DNA from: an uncultured Clostridium sp.
Lineage (GTDB): Bacteria; Bacillota_I; Bacilli_A; RF39; UBA660
Assembly: GCA_905193755.1 (NCBI GenBank)
Contig: CAJJPX010000001.1
Location: 210,348-274,347, forward strand
DNA length: 64,000 bases
Reading direction: 5' to 3'
The translations under genes and the position numbers were made by a program. Shown piece by piece: positions 1 through 8,568 of the stretch. Numbering within the stretch: the first letter of the stretch is position 1; every line of letters begins with the position of its first letter. Below the pieces are notes generated by a model. The model saw only the letters and a program-made list of their open reading frames with translations, did no database searches and had not been told where the DNA came from.

Positions 1-56
1 TCTTTATTTTTGAGTAACATCTTTACTATTTCTTTTTTAGTTCTAACTTGTCCCAT
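1..56 (-). CDS. 5' end of an unidentified CDS running off the left edge (MGQVRTKKEIVKMLLKNK...)
   Basis: ATG at 56-54 with AGAGGT about 9 nt upstream. The frame stays open to position 1. Too short to identify. Confidence 0.3.
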   Translation of the reverse strand, partial: MGQVRTKKEIVKMLLKNK

Positions 57-131
57 ATCTTATCTACCTCTACTATAAATAATATAACAAATAACATTCA
101 AAGTAAAGACAAAGTCCCACATTCAAGCAAT

Positions 132-155
132 AAAAAAGTCCCATTACTGAGACTT
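132..155 (-). terminator. Intrinsic terminator downstream of tRNA-Ala
   Basis: The minus strand reads AAGTCTC-AGTAAT-GGGACTT, a 7-bp stem with one G-U, followed by TTTTAT. Confidence 0.55.
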
Positions 156-165
156 AATATTCTAA

Positions 166-242
166 TGGTGGAGAATGTGGGACTCGAACCCGCGACCCCC
201 TGCGTGCAAGGCAGATGCTCTAGCCAACTGAGCTAATTCCCC
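166..242 (-). tRNA. tRNA-Ala (anticodon UGC)
   Basis: The reverse complement is GGGGAATTAGCTCAGTTGGCTAGAGCATCTGCCTTGCACGCAGGGGGTCGCGGGTTCGAGTCCCACATTCTCCACCA. It has a 7-bp acceptor stem with the G3:U70 alanine identity pair, anticodon loop CUUGCAC, T-loop TTCGAGT and an encoded CCA. There is one C-A mismatch in the T stem. Confidence 0.9.
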
Positions 243-318
243 ATTAGGTAGGCACTTGATAACAATCAAGCATACTAATACTACCATATATAACATGAAT
301 AAGTCAAGCATTATTTTA

Positions 319-1257
319 CTATTTTATTAAAATATTCATAATTTCTAGTGCCAATTTAACATTATCATGCCTAATTATATTATTTTCTATCTTAATTAAA
401 GGCTTATTTACATGTTCAATCTTAATATTTTTAGTGTCTACTTCTACTAAATCCTTTTGTTCTTGTGTTTCATAAATCTTAACAATATCAGGACTTACTT
501 CTTCACTATTAGTTATTATTGTATCTACTTTTCTCTTACCCAAATATTTATTTAATAATTTAATATGGTCACTTGCTTTAAAATTATCAGTTTCACCAGG
601 TTGAGTCATAACATTACATACATATATGATTTTAGCATCAGACTTATCTATTGCCTTAATAACATCTTTGCATAATAAATTAGGAATAATACTTGTATAT
701 AAACTACCCATACTTAAAACTATAGCATCAGCATCCATTATTTTATCTAATACTTCAGTATTTACTGTAGGTTCTTTTTTATAATATACTTTCTTAATCT
801 TTTTTGGTGACATAGTAATATGATGTTCGCCTTCTACTACTTCACCATCCTCCATTTTACCCATTAGAGTAACACAATCATCAGTCAAAGGAAGAACCTC
901 ACCTTTTAGATTTAAAATATCACTTATAAGTTTAATACCACCAGATAAATTTCCACCTATATCAGTTAAAGCAGCAAGTATCAAATTACCAACAGTATGA
1001 CCATCAAAATCTCCATTAGAGCAAAATCTATAATTTACTAATTTTTCAACAATATTCTCGGTCTCAGACAACGAAATAAGAACTCTTCTAATATCACCAA
1101 CAGCAGGTATATTAAATTCTTCTCTTATCTTTCCTGTACTTTTTCCATCATCACAAACACTAACAACAGCAGTTATATCAAACGGAAATTGTTTAAGACC
1201 TTGAAGTAAAACAGATTGTCCTGTTCCACCACCCAAAACCACTAATTTTTTATTCAT
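319..1257 (-). CDS. yvcK: YvcK/CofD-like gluconeogenesis factor (UPF0052)
   Basis: N-terminus VVLGGGTGQSVLLQGLK, then CDDGKSTGKIREEFNIPAVGDIRRVL and GSLYTSIIPNLL. It looks collinear with B. subtilis YvcK. Confidence 0.9.
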   Translation of the reverse strand: MNKKLVVLGGGTGQSVLLQGLKQFPFDITAVVSVCDDGKSTGKIREEFNIPAVGDIRRVLISLSETENIVEKLVNYRFCSNGDFDGHTVGNLILAALTDIGGNLSGGIKLISDILNLKGEVLPLTDDCVTLMGKMEDGEVVEGEHHITMSPKKIKKVYYKKEPTVNTEVLDKIMDADAIVLSMGSLYTSIIPNLLCKDVIKAIDKSDAKIIYVCNVMTQPGETDNFKASDHIKLLNKYLGKRKVDTIITNSEEVSPDIVKIYETQEQKDLVEVDTKNIKIEHVNKPLIKIENNIIRHDNVKLALEIMNILIK

Positions 1258-1272
1258 ATACGTCTCCTCAAG

Positions 1273-1716
1273 TTATCTTATTAATATAGCCTCTTTTTTA
1301 TTCTTACGAGCAAGTTTATAAAACTTATCAACTTCACTTGCATATTCTTTATATAATCCTTTTTCTCTTAATTTTCTAAAATATTCAAGAACTTCATCTT
1401 TCTTAATAGTTCCTAAAAAGAACTCTTGATATCCATCCCCTTCATATGTAATTGTACCATATTTTTTATCAGCAAGAAACCCTGGTATATTTTTAAAACC
1501 TCTACTGACAAAATATGTTCTTCTTGTTAGCATTTCTTTGACATGAGTTTCAGGAAAATATACACCAATAGCTTTCTTAGTTGTTAACTCAAAAAATAAT
1601 TTTACTTCACTTCCATCACTTAAAAACACTTTTTTCATTTTAGAAGTAGGTTTATAGGTATCATCACTATAAAAATACATTTTATCTAAATCAACACATA
1701 AATACTCTTTATCCAC
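1273..1716 (-). CDS. Hypothetical protein (147 aa)
   Basis: Long ORF tightly packed between neighbouring genes on the same strand. No recognisable motif. Confidence 0.6.
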   Translation of the reverse strand: MDKEYLCVDLDKMYFYSDDTYKPTSKMKKVFLSDGSEVKLFFELTTKKAIGVYFPETHVKEMLTRRTYFVSRGFKNIPGFLADKKYGTITYEGDGYQEFFLGTIKKDEVLEYFRKLREKGLYKEYASEVDKFYKLARKNKKEAILIR

Positions 1717-1730
1717 TTATTTACTCCTTT

Positions 1731-2672
1731 TTATTTATCAACAAAATACGCATAATATTCTTCAAAACAAATATCTTCTGATTTTATAATATTAGCTGCC
1801 TCGCTTCCAACATATCTAAGTCTCCATGTTGAAGCCTCAAAACCTGTTATACTCGTTTTATTCTCTGGAAATCTAAAAATAAATCCAAATCTATAAGCAT
1901 TATCATTAAGCCATTTATATTCTAAACTTTCCTTTGGTTTATCATATGACTTATACAATGGAACAATCGTAAAAGATAATCCAGTTTGATATTCAGAATG
2001 TCCAGCTCTCGCAGCAATTCTATCAGCTTCACTATAACCATATGCATTCTTATATCTTTCAAAAATCTTTTCTTGATCACTATAAGATCTATATCCATCA
2101 GCTAACACAAAAGTATATCCATCCTCACTAGCAGCTTCTATTAAAGCAATAATATTATCCATTATACTTTCACTAATCTTAATACCAGAATAAGCATACT
2201 GACTAGGAACATCAATTATATCACTTGGTTCATAATCTTTGCTCAAACCATAAAGTCTATTAACAAGCATAAGTTCATTTTTTGAAGTATCAGTTTCCTT
2301 AGTATTATCAAACCAATCTATATTAGATTCAGTATTTATAACAGTAACAATATTAGTATAACTACTTAATTTATTTTCTTTTTTATAATCTAAATACTTA
2401 GTTAAATTTTTATATATAAAATATTTTTCACTCATAAACTTAACAATATTTTTATCATACTTAAGTTCCATAAGTTTGTTTATATCTTCTTCACTTAGTT
2501 TATCTTGAATAACTTTTATTTCGTCTTCTTTATAGCCAATTAATCCAAGTTTATACTCGTAAGTTTGTTTATATTTATAATTGCTAACTAATTTAACTAT
2601 TCCGAAAATAATACCTATCAAAATAACCAAGAAAACACAAAATCTATAATAATTAAATTTTCTAACAACCAT
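1731..2672 (-). CDS. Membrane-anchored VanY/LdcB-like (peptidase M15B fold) protein with degenerate metal ligands
   Basis: N-terminal TM helix and SD GGAGG. Family motifs are present (GYRSYSDQEKIF, AGHSEYQTGLSFT, STWRLRYVG), but the expected SEH...D and EPWH zinc ligands read Y, T and R. Confidence 0.8.
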   Translation of the reverse strand: MVVRKFNYYRFCVFLVILIGIIFGIVKLVSNYKYKQTYEYKLGLIGYKEDEIKVIQDKLSEEDINKLMELKYDKNIVKFMSEKYFIYKNLTKYLDYKKENKLSSYTNIVTVINTESNIDWFDNTKETDTSKNELMLVNRLYGLSKDYEPSDIIDVPSQYAYSGIKISESIMDNIIALIEAASEDGYTFVLADGYRSYSDQEKIFERYKNAYGYSEADRIAARAGHSEYQTGLSFTIVPLYKSYDKPKESLEYKWLNDNAYRFGFIFRFPENKTSITGFEASTWRLRYVGSEAANIIKSEDICFEEYYAYFVDK

Positions 2673-2814
2673 TTCTTATCCTCCAATTTAATTATACTAA
2701 ATTTATAACTTTTTTTATAGTTAGAAACTAAAAATAGACAAAATATTACATAATGTGTTCTTTTTTTAATTTATATGTGATAAAATCAAGTTATAAAATA
2801 GAAAGGAGTAAGAA

Positions 2815-3807
2815 ATGTTAAGTAATACATTGATAAATTTATTAAATTTTGCCTATTATACAGGAGAAACTGATTATTATGATTATTCAGGTGTATTTGC
2901 TGGATTAGGAATTCTTGCAGGACTTGGTGTTGCTTTCTTTATTTTCATGATGGTAGCTATAGTTTTCTATATTATAGTCAATTGGAAAATATTTACTAAA
3001 GCAGGAAAACCAGGATGGGCGGCACTTGTTCCAGTGTATAATGTTTACGTTATGTTACAAATAGCTGATTTAGGTGCAATATATTTGTTATTATTATGTC
3101 TTCCATTTATAAACCTTTATGCAATTTACAAAATGTATGTAGGTTTAGCAAGAAACTTTGGAAAATCTGATGGATTCGGAATCGCAATGATATTCTTTTC
3201 ACCTATCCTATTACCAGTATTAGCATTTGGAAATGCAACATATAACGGTAATGGAAACAGTGATTGGAACAACAACAATAACAACAATTGGAACAATAAT
3301 AACAATAATAACTGGAATAATAATAGTAATAACAATTGGAATAATAATCAAAATTCAAATCAATCTATGAACTTTGATCCTCAAACAGGTCAAGCAATAA
3401 CTGGTTATGATCCACAAACAGGACAACCAATTTATGGAAATCAAAACACAGTTCAAACAAACAATAATACATTTGTTAACAATACTATGAATGAACCAAC
3501 AAATAATACATTCGTTAACAATAACTCAAATAACAATAATATGTTTATTAACAATCAAAACAATGTAGATAATAATTCATTTAATAGTAATAACATTGAT
3601 TATAATAACCAAAATATGAATAATAATTCATTCACAAATAATACAACTGTTAATGATAATAACCAAATGTTCAGTAATCAACAAGTAAATGAACCAGTAC
3701 AAAATAATTTTGGAACACAAAATGGAACATTCATTAATAATCAAACTGAACCATCAATTGATAGACCTGATGCTATGCCAGTAAATGATTTTGATAATCA
3801 ACAATAA
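2815..3807 (+). CDS. DUF5684-like small membrane domain fused to a long Asn/Gln-rich low-complexity tail
   Basis: SD AAAGGAG. Motif IFTKAGKPGWAALVPVYNVYVML...LARNFGKSDGFGIAMIFFSPILLPVLAFG. The C-terminal roughly 190 aa are dominated by N and Q. Confidence 0.8.
   Translation: MLSNTLINLLNFAYYTGETDYYDYSGVFAGLGILAGLGVAFFIFMMVAIVFYIIVNWKIFTKAGKPGWAALVPVYNVYVMLQIADLGAIYLLLLCLPFINLYAIYKMYVGLARNFGKSDGFGIAMIFFSPILLPVLAFGNATYNGNGNSDWNNNNNNNWNNNNNNNWNNNSNNNWNNNQNSNQSMNFDPQTGQAITGYDPQTGQPIYGNQNTVQTNNNTFVNNTMNEPTNNTFVNNNSNNNNMFINNQNNVDNNSFNSNNIDYNNQNMNNNSFTNNTTVNDNNQMFSNQQVNEPVQNNFGTQNGTFINNQTEPSIDRPDAMPVNDFDNQQ
3265..3360 (+). repeat. Four tandem 24-nt units, each encoding W followed by seven Asn-rich residues
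   Basis: TGG recurs at 3265, 3289, 3313 and 3337. In the first two units it is followed by seven AAC/AAT codons; the third and fourth carry Ser/Gln substitutions (AGT, CAA, TCA). In-frame within the 2815-3807 CDS. Confidence 0.9.
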
Positions 3808-3815
3808 TAAAAAAC

Positions 3816-3837
3816 AATTCATTAATTAAAATGAATT
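3816..3837. terminator. Bidirectional terminator between convergent genes
   Basis: AATTCATT-aattaa-AATGAATT, an 8-bp stem flanked by an A-run on one side and a T-run on the other. Confidence 0.6.
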
Positions 3838-3848
3838 ATTTTTTTATG

Positions 3849-5246
3849 TTATTTAATTTCGTAAGTTGTTCCCTCACGAGTGTCTTTAAGAATTATACCC
3901 TTCTCTAATAATTCATTACGAATCTTATCAGCAAGTTCATAATTCTTATTTTTTTTAGCTTCATTTCTTTCTTCAATTTTAGATTTGATATATGCTTCAT
4001 CTACTTCATTATTATTAGTGATTTCAGTAGTAAGTTCGAGACCTAACACTTTATCAAAATCTTTAACTAACTCATATTTAGTAATATCATTAGTTTCAGC
4101 TTTCAATACATCATATATTACTGATATAGCATTCGCAGTATTAATATCATCTTCTAAATATAAAACAAATTTATCTTTATATTCATTAAATACTTTTGTA
4201 TCTATTTCACCATCTTTAGATAAACTTAAAACTTTATTTTTAAGCTTTTTATAAGCATTTTCTGCACCATCTAATGAACTATAACTAAATGTTAATTGCT
4301 TTCTATAGTGACTTTGTAAACATAAAAAACGATAACTAAGTGGGTTATAGCCATTTTCAATTAATGTATCCACAGTTAAAGTCTTACCTTTACTCTTACT
4401 CATTTTACCACTTTCATCATTTAGATGTTCAACATGGAACCAATACTTACACCAAGGATGTCCTAAGAAACTTTCTGATTGAGCAATTTCATTAGTGTGA
4501 TGAGGGAATATATTATCAACTCCACCACAATGTATATCTAAATGTTCTCCTAAATATTTGATACTTATACCAGAACATTCAATATGCCACCCTGGATATC
4601 CAAGACCAAAAGGACTTTCCCATTTTAAATCTTGACTATCAAATTTACTTTTAGTAAACCAAAGTACAAAGTCAGCTTTATTCTTTTTATTATTATCAAC
4701 TTCAACTGTGTCTCTTACTCCATCTAATAATTCTTCTTCTGTATGATTAGTTAAAACATAATATTGCTTTAATTTACTAGTATCAAAGTATACATTTCCA
4801 CCAGCTTCATAAGCATATCCATTATCCAATAATTTTTGAATAATCTTAATATATTCATCAATATTCTCAGTAGCTGGACTAACTATTTCGGGTTTAATTA
4901 TATTGAGTTTCTTGAAATCTTCAAAGAATACATTCGTATAATATTTAGCAATTTCAAGAACTGTTTTATGTTCTTTTTGAGCAGCAGTTACCATTTTATC
5001 ATTACCAGTATCTGAATCACTTGATAAATGTCCTACATCTGTAATATTCATACATCGTTTAACATTATACCCTAAATATCTTAATGTACGTTCCAAGATA
5101 TCTTCCATTATATAAGTTCTTAAGTTACCAATATGTGCATAATGATAGACAGTAGGCCCACAAGTATACATATTAACAACATCATTATTCCAAGGAATGA
5201 ATTCCTCTTCACTATGACTTAAAGTATTATAAATCTTTAATGACAT
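3849..5246 (-). CDS. cysS: Cysteine--tRNA ligase
   Basis: Class I HIGN and KMSKSKG motifs, CGPTVY, typical length of 465 aa. Confidence 0.95.
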   Translation of the reverse strand: MSLKIYNTLSHSEEEFIPWNNDVVNMYTCGPTVYHYAHIGNLRTYIMEDILERTLRYLGYNVKRCMNITDVGHLSSDSDTGNDKMVTAAQKEHKTVLEIAKYYTNVFFEDFKKLNIIKPEIVSPATENIDEYIKIIQKLLDNGYAYEAGGNVYFDTSKLKQYYVLTNHTEEELLDGVRDTVEVDNNKKNKADFVLWFTKSKFDSQDLKWESPFGLGYPGWHIECSGISIKYLGEHLDIHCGGVDNIFPHHTNEIAQSESFLGHPWCKYWFHVEHLNDESGKMSKSKGKTLTVDTLIENGYNPLSYRFLCLQSHYRKQLTFSYSSLDGAENAYKKLKNKVLSLSKDGEIDTKVFNEYKDKFVLYLEDDINTANAISVIYDVLKAETNDITKYELVKDFDKVLGLELTTEITNNNEVDEAYIKSKIEERNEAKKNKNYELADKIRNELLEKGIILKDTREGTTYEIK

Positions 5247-5303
5247 ATGTTATTACACCTCTTTCTTTAAAATAAATTCTATCACATTTTATGCATTATT
5301 AAA

Positions 5304-5329
5304 AGAAAAAAGATTGAATATTCAATCTT
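5304..5329 (-). terminator. recA terminator
   Basis: Palindrome AAGATTGAATATTCAATCTT followed by a T-run on the minus strand. Confidence 0.65.
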
Positions 5330-5339
5330 TATTAAAATA

Positions 5340-6356
5340 TTATTTCTTTTTTTCTTCTTTACCTTCTGTATTATTAAATAAATGATTTCTAACTTTATCT
5401 TCTATTTCTTTATAAAGTGTTGGATTATTTTTAAGAACTAATTTAGCATTTTCTTTTCCTTGTCCAATCTTTTCACCTTTATAACTATACCATGCACCAC
5501 TCTTATCTAAAATACCTAAATTTGATGCTATATCTATAATTTCACCAGTTTTAGAAATACCTTCGCCATACATTATTTCTACTTCAGCTGTTTTAAATGG
5601 AGGAGCAACTTTATTTTTAACAACTTTTATTACAGTTTTATTTCCAAGCACATCACTACCAACTTTAATTTGTTCAGCACGTCTTACATCTAATCTTACA
5701 GTAGAATAGAATTTAAGAGCTCTTCCACCTGGTGTAGTTTCTGGATTACCAAACATAACTCCAACTTTTTCTCTTAATTGATTTATAAATATACATATAG
5801 TATTTGTTTTATTAACAATACCACCAAGTTTTCTTAAAGCCTGTGACATAAGTCTTGCTTGAAGACCTACATGAGAGTCACCCATTTCGCCTTCTATTTC
5901 AGCTTGTGGAACTAACGCAGCAACAGAATCTATTACTATAATACTCATAGCTTCACTTCTAACTAATGCCTCAACTATTTCTAACGCTTGTTCACCAGTA
6001 TCAGGTTGGCTTAATAAAAGTTCATCAGTGTCTACACCTAACTTTTTAGCATAAACAGGATCTAAAGCATGTTCTGCATCTATAAAAGCAGCTCTTCCAC
6101 CAGTTTTTTGCACTTCTGCAATAGCATGTAAAGCAATAGTAGTTTTACCACTTGATTCAGGTCCAAATATTTCTATAATTCTACCCTTTGGATAACCACC
6201 AACACCTAATGCTTGATCTAATGCTAAGGAACCACTTGATACTACATCTATATTTCTAACGCCTTTTTCTCCTAATTTCATAATAGCGCCTTTACCAAAT
6301 TGTTTTTCGATATCAGCTAATACTTGTTCTAATGTTTTGTCTTTCTCTTTTTTCAT
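5340..6356 (-). CDS. recA: Recombinase RecA
   Basis: GPESSGKTT Walker [11 protein letters not shown], and full-length collinearity with RecA. Confidence 0.98.
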   Translation of the reverse strand: MKKEKDKTLEQVLADIEKQFGKGAIMKLGEKGVRNIDVVSSGSLALDQALGVGGYPKGRIIEIFGPESSGKTTIALHAIAEVQKTGGRAAFIDAEHALDPVYAKKLGVDTDELLLSQPDTGEQALEIVEALVRSEAMSIIVIDSVAALVPQAEIEGEMGDSHVGLQARLMSQALRKLGGIVNKTNTICIFINQLREKVGVMFGNPETTPGGRALKFYSTVRLDVRRAEQIKVGSDVLGNKTVIKVVKNKVAPPFKTAEVEIMYGEGISKTGEIIDIASNLGILDKSGAWYSYKGEKIGQGKENAKLVLKNNPTLYKEIEDKVRNHLFNNTEGKEEKKK

Positions 6357-6379
6357 AAGTTTTCTCCTTTGATAATTTA

Positions 6380-6408
6380 ATTGTAAACCAAAAGAATACC
6401 TTTGTCAA
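6380..6408 (-). promoter_or_regulatory. Sigma-A type promoter for recA
   Basis: The minus strand reads TTGACA, a 17-nt spacer, then TACAAT, about 25 nt upstream of the recA SD. Confidence 0.6.
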
Positions 6409-6418
6409 CACTTTTTTA

Positions 6419-6432
6419 CAAACACATGTTTG
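6419..6432. promoter_or_regulatory. Candidate LexA (Cheo-like) box upstream of recA
   Basis: CAAAC-ACAT-GTTTG inverted repeat 10 nt upstream of the -35. It resembles the Firmicute GAAC-N4-GTTC box with G to A changes. Confidence 0.4.
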
Positions 6433-6555
6433 CTAAAAATTTAATTATCAATTCAACAAGTTCTCTATAATTAAATTATATCAAAAATAGTACCATTCAA
6501 ACATAAATTTTATATATTATTTTAATTATAAAATGCAATTTTAATTTTTTAAAAA

Positions 6556-6581
6556 ATTAAAAAAGAAGCAAACTTGCTTCT
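6556..6581 (-). terminator. pgsA terminator
   Basis: AGAAGCA-aact-TGCTTCT hairpin next to the stop codon, with a T-run on the minus strand. Confidence 0.55.
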
Positions 6582-7177
6582 TACTTAGTATCAAATAAGT
6601 ATTTCTTATTCTTAACATAATATTGTATTCCACTTATTACAGATAATACTGTAGCAATCATAATAATTGCTTTAGCAGGATATACATTTAATAATGAAAA
6701 TGGCAAATCATAAAAGAATAATAATGTAATTCCAACTAACATACAAGCAGTTTTAATTTTGCCAGCCATTGAAGCACCAACAGCTCCTGATTTTTGCCCA
6801 GCAACCATTTTAATTGAATCAACTACAATATCTCTTGACACAATCACAACTGGTATGATAGCACTTATATATCCTTCAGTAGCTAGTAATATTAATACAC
6901 CATTTACTAATATTTTATCAGCAATAGCATCCATTACTTTTCCTATATCTGTTACCAAATTATATTTTCTTGCTAAATATCCATCAAGAAAATCTGTAAG
7001 AGATGCAATCAAGAATATAATTCCACATATAATATACTTACTATCAATAATTAGTTTACTTCCTAATTGAAATTCCGGAAAACTAATTCCTATTTTATCA
7101 ATTGGAAATATCATTATAATTAATAATAATATAGATAAACCTATTCTACATATAGTAATTTTATTTGGAACATTCAT
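6581..7177 (-). CDS. pgsA: CDP-diacylglycerol--glycerol-3-phosphate 3-phosphatidyltransferase
   Basis: CDP-alcohol phosphatidyltransferase motif DFLDGYLARKYNLVTDIGKVMDAIADK. Polytopic membrane protein. Confidence 0.9.
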   Translation of the reverse strand: MNVPNKITICRIGLSILLLIIMIFPIDKIGISFPEFQLGSKLIIDSKYIICGIIFLIASLTDFLDGYLARKYNLVTDIGKVMDAIADKILVNGVLILLATEGYISAIIPVVIVSRDIVVDSIKMVAGQKSGAVGASMAGKIKTACMLVGITLLFFYDLPFSLLNVYPAKAIIMIATVLSVISGIQYYVKNKKYLFDTK

Positions 7178-7179
7178 AT

Positions 7180-7668
7180 CTAAACTCTCCTTTCAATATT
7201 ATAATTTATATTAACACCTTGTAATTGTTTATCAGTAACATACTTAACTATAAATAACACTAAAAAAACTAAAATTATGACTGCTACTATATAAAGAACA
7301 ATATATTTAACATTACTATTTTTTCTTTGTATTGTATAAGGTGAAGCTATTTTATTCTCTTCTTTTTGTTTTTCTTTTATATTTATCTCTCTAGTTTGCT
7401 CTAAAATATCACTAACAGGAATTCTAGAAGTATATCCAAATATAAAATCATTAAATTTATCAACTATTTCATCTTCATCTAAATTAAGATATTTTGAATA
7501 TTTCTTAATTATTTCTTTTAAGAAAAAAACATCTTTAAACGCATTAGCATTTCCATCCTCTAAATTATCAAGTTGACTTTCAGTAATACCCAAATCTTTT
7601 ATAACTTCTTCTTTAGAAATACCAATAGTTTCTCTAGCTTCTTTGAAACTTTCTCCTATTTCTTTCAC
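7180..7668 (-). CDS. RodZ-like HTH (XRE) protein with a single TM helix
   Basis: N-terminal HTH (FKEARETIGISKEEVIKDLGITESQLDNLEDG), a TM helix near the C-terminus, GTG start behind AGGAG. Confidence 0.7.
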   Translation of the reverse strand: MKEIGESFKEARETIGISKEEVIKDLGITESQLDNLEDGNANAFKDVFFLKEIIKKYSKYLNLDEDEIVDKFNDFIFGYTSRIPVSDILEQTREINIKEKQKEENKIASPYTIQRKNSNVKYIVLYIVAVIILVFLVLFIVKYVTDKQLQGVNINYNIERRV

Positions 7669-7691
7669 TATAATCTCCTAAAAAAATAAAA

Positions 7692-8046
7692 AATAATTTT
7701 TAATAAGCCATTTTCTGTACCTATAAATAGGTGGTAAACATTTATCTAGAGATTTCTCTCTCTCTTACTCCTTTGTTATTCATTCGTAAGGACTCCCCTA
7801 CCAATTTTGGGTTTCTCACTCGCGGGGTTTACCTCGTTCCACAATAGTTATCCCTAACCATCTCGTCTCTATGGCACTTTATGACTACTATAGTCAGTTC
7901 TTGACTACCTCATCGCCGTTAATACTTACGTACTACCCAAGGTTATTTTTTTCCTTGGCACGAACACTTTCATTCATTTCAGAATGAGTGAGTATGGACT
8001 TTCCTCTACATAAATTAATATGCAGCGTTTACCTAAAAAATTATTT
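7692..8046 (-). ncRNA. rnpB: RNase P RNA, type B
   Basis: The reverse complement contains GGTAAACGCTGCA...GTAGAGGAAAGTCCATAC, AGTGTTCGTGCC, AAAGTGCCATAGAGACGA, GTGGAACGAGGTAAACCCCGCGAGTGAGAAACCCAAAATTGGTAGGGGA and ACAGAAAATGGCTTAT. These match the conserved blocks of B. subtilis RNase P RNA. A P1 helix forms between AATAATTTTT and AAAAATTATT. No ORF covers this GC-enriched gap. Confidence 0.95.
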
Positions 8047-8050
8047 TTTC

Positions 8051-8368
8051 TTATTCTTCTCCATAAACTACTTTTTCAAGGTCACTAATTCTCTTTAATA
8101 AGTCTACATTAGTAACACCTTTGTTAGAGTTAGCTATTTCAAGTGCTGACTTCATATTTCTAACTTCTGCTTTTAACTTAGCATTATCTGCTTCTAAAGC
8201 TTTAATTTCTGTTACTAATCTTTTAGTAGTAGTCTCAAAATCAACATAATCTTTAATAATTAAATCAAGAAATTGATCTACTTCTTGAGGTCTATATCCT
8301 CTAGCATCTATCTTAAAATCTTTATCAAGTATCTCTTTAGCAGTTAGAAATCTTTTATCATCATACAT
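8051..8368 (-). CDS. gpsB: Cell-cycle protein GpsB (DivIVA-domain)
   Basis: LTAKEILDKDFKIDARGYRPQEVDQFLDLIIKDY and C-terminal LLKRISDLEKVVYG parallel B. subtilis GpsB. I prefer the internal ATG at 8368 over the GTG at 8389. Confidence 0.85.
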   Translation of the reverse strand: MYDDKRFLTAKEILDKDFKIDARGYRPQEVDQFLDLIIKDYVDFETTTKRLVTEIKALEADNAKLKAEVRNMKSALEIANSNKGVTNVDLLKRISDLEKVVYGEE

Positions 8369-8568
8369 ACTTTTTAGCCTCTCTTCCACAATAATTTTAC
8401 CTCAAAAAAACAAATTATGCAATATAAAAGAGCAAACACTATAGTTTGCTCACTAAATCTAAAATACAACCATTAACTAATAAATCAATTTCTTTAAAAC
8501 ATTCATTAATATTTTTCATAAATATATATTACATTTTTTAAAGAAATTTTTCATCAAATTCGACAAAA

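Noticed and set aside
48-236. 62-aa plus-strand ORF in the ORF track
   Set aside because: It overlaps the minus-strand tRNA-Ala and its terminator and has no SD. It is a chance ORF.
3126-3335. Antisense ORFs inside annotated genes: 3126-3335, 3985-4254, 6759-7070, 13527-13745, 13932-14114, 17145-17354, 17428-17667, 23871-24119, 25970-26233, 27490-27714, 28345-28542, 28637-28831, 30390-30590, 31406-31633, 31596-31787, 39243-39518, 50585-50791, 51529-51759, 52449-52655, 53265-53522, 53569-53769, 54925-55212, 57395-57616, 58995-59192, 59783-59977 and 61153-61401
   Set aside because: All lie opposite to, or out of frame with, well-supported genes. Their low-complexity L/I/S/F-rich translations are typical of shadow ORFs, and none has an SD.
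3258-3700. Asn-codon repeat region considered as a possible CRISPR, satellite or mobile-element remnant
   Set aside because: It is in-frame coding low-complexity sequence within 2815-3807, with no spacer-repeat structure.
6541-6560. Perfect 20-nt palindrome TTAATTTTTTAAAAAATTAA
   Set aside because: It consists only of A and T, lies next to the pgsA terminator, and is expected by chance in this composition.
8440-8540. 26-aa minus-strand ORF (MKNINECFKEIDLLVNGCILDLVSKL) between 8569-9342 and gpsB
   Set aside because: It has no ribosome-binding site, and its 3' end is simply the terminator hairpin GAGCAAAC/GTTTGCTC.
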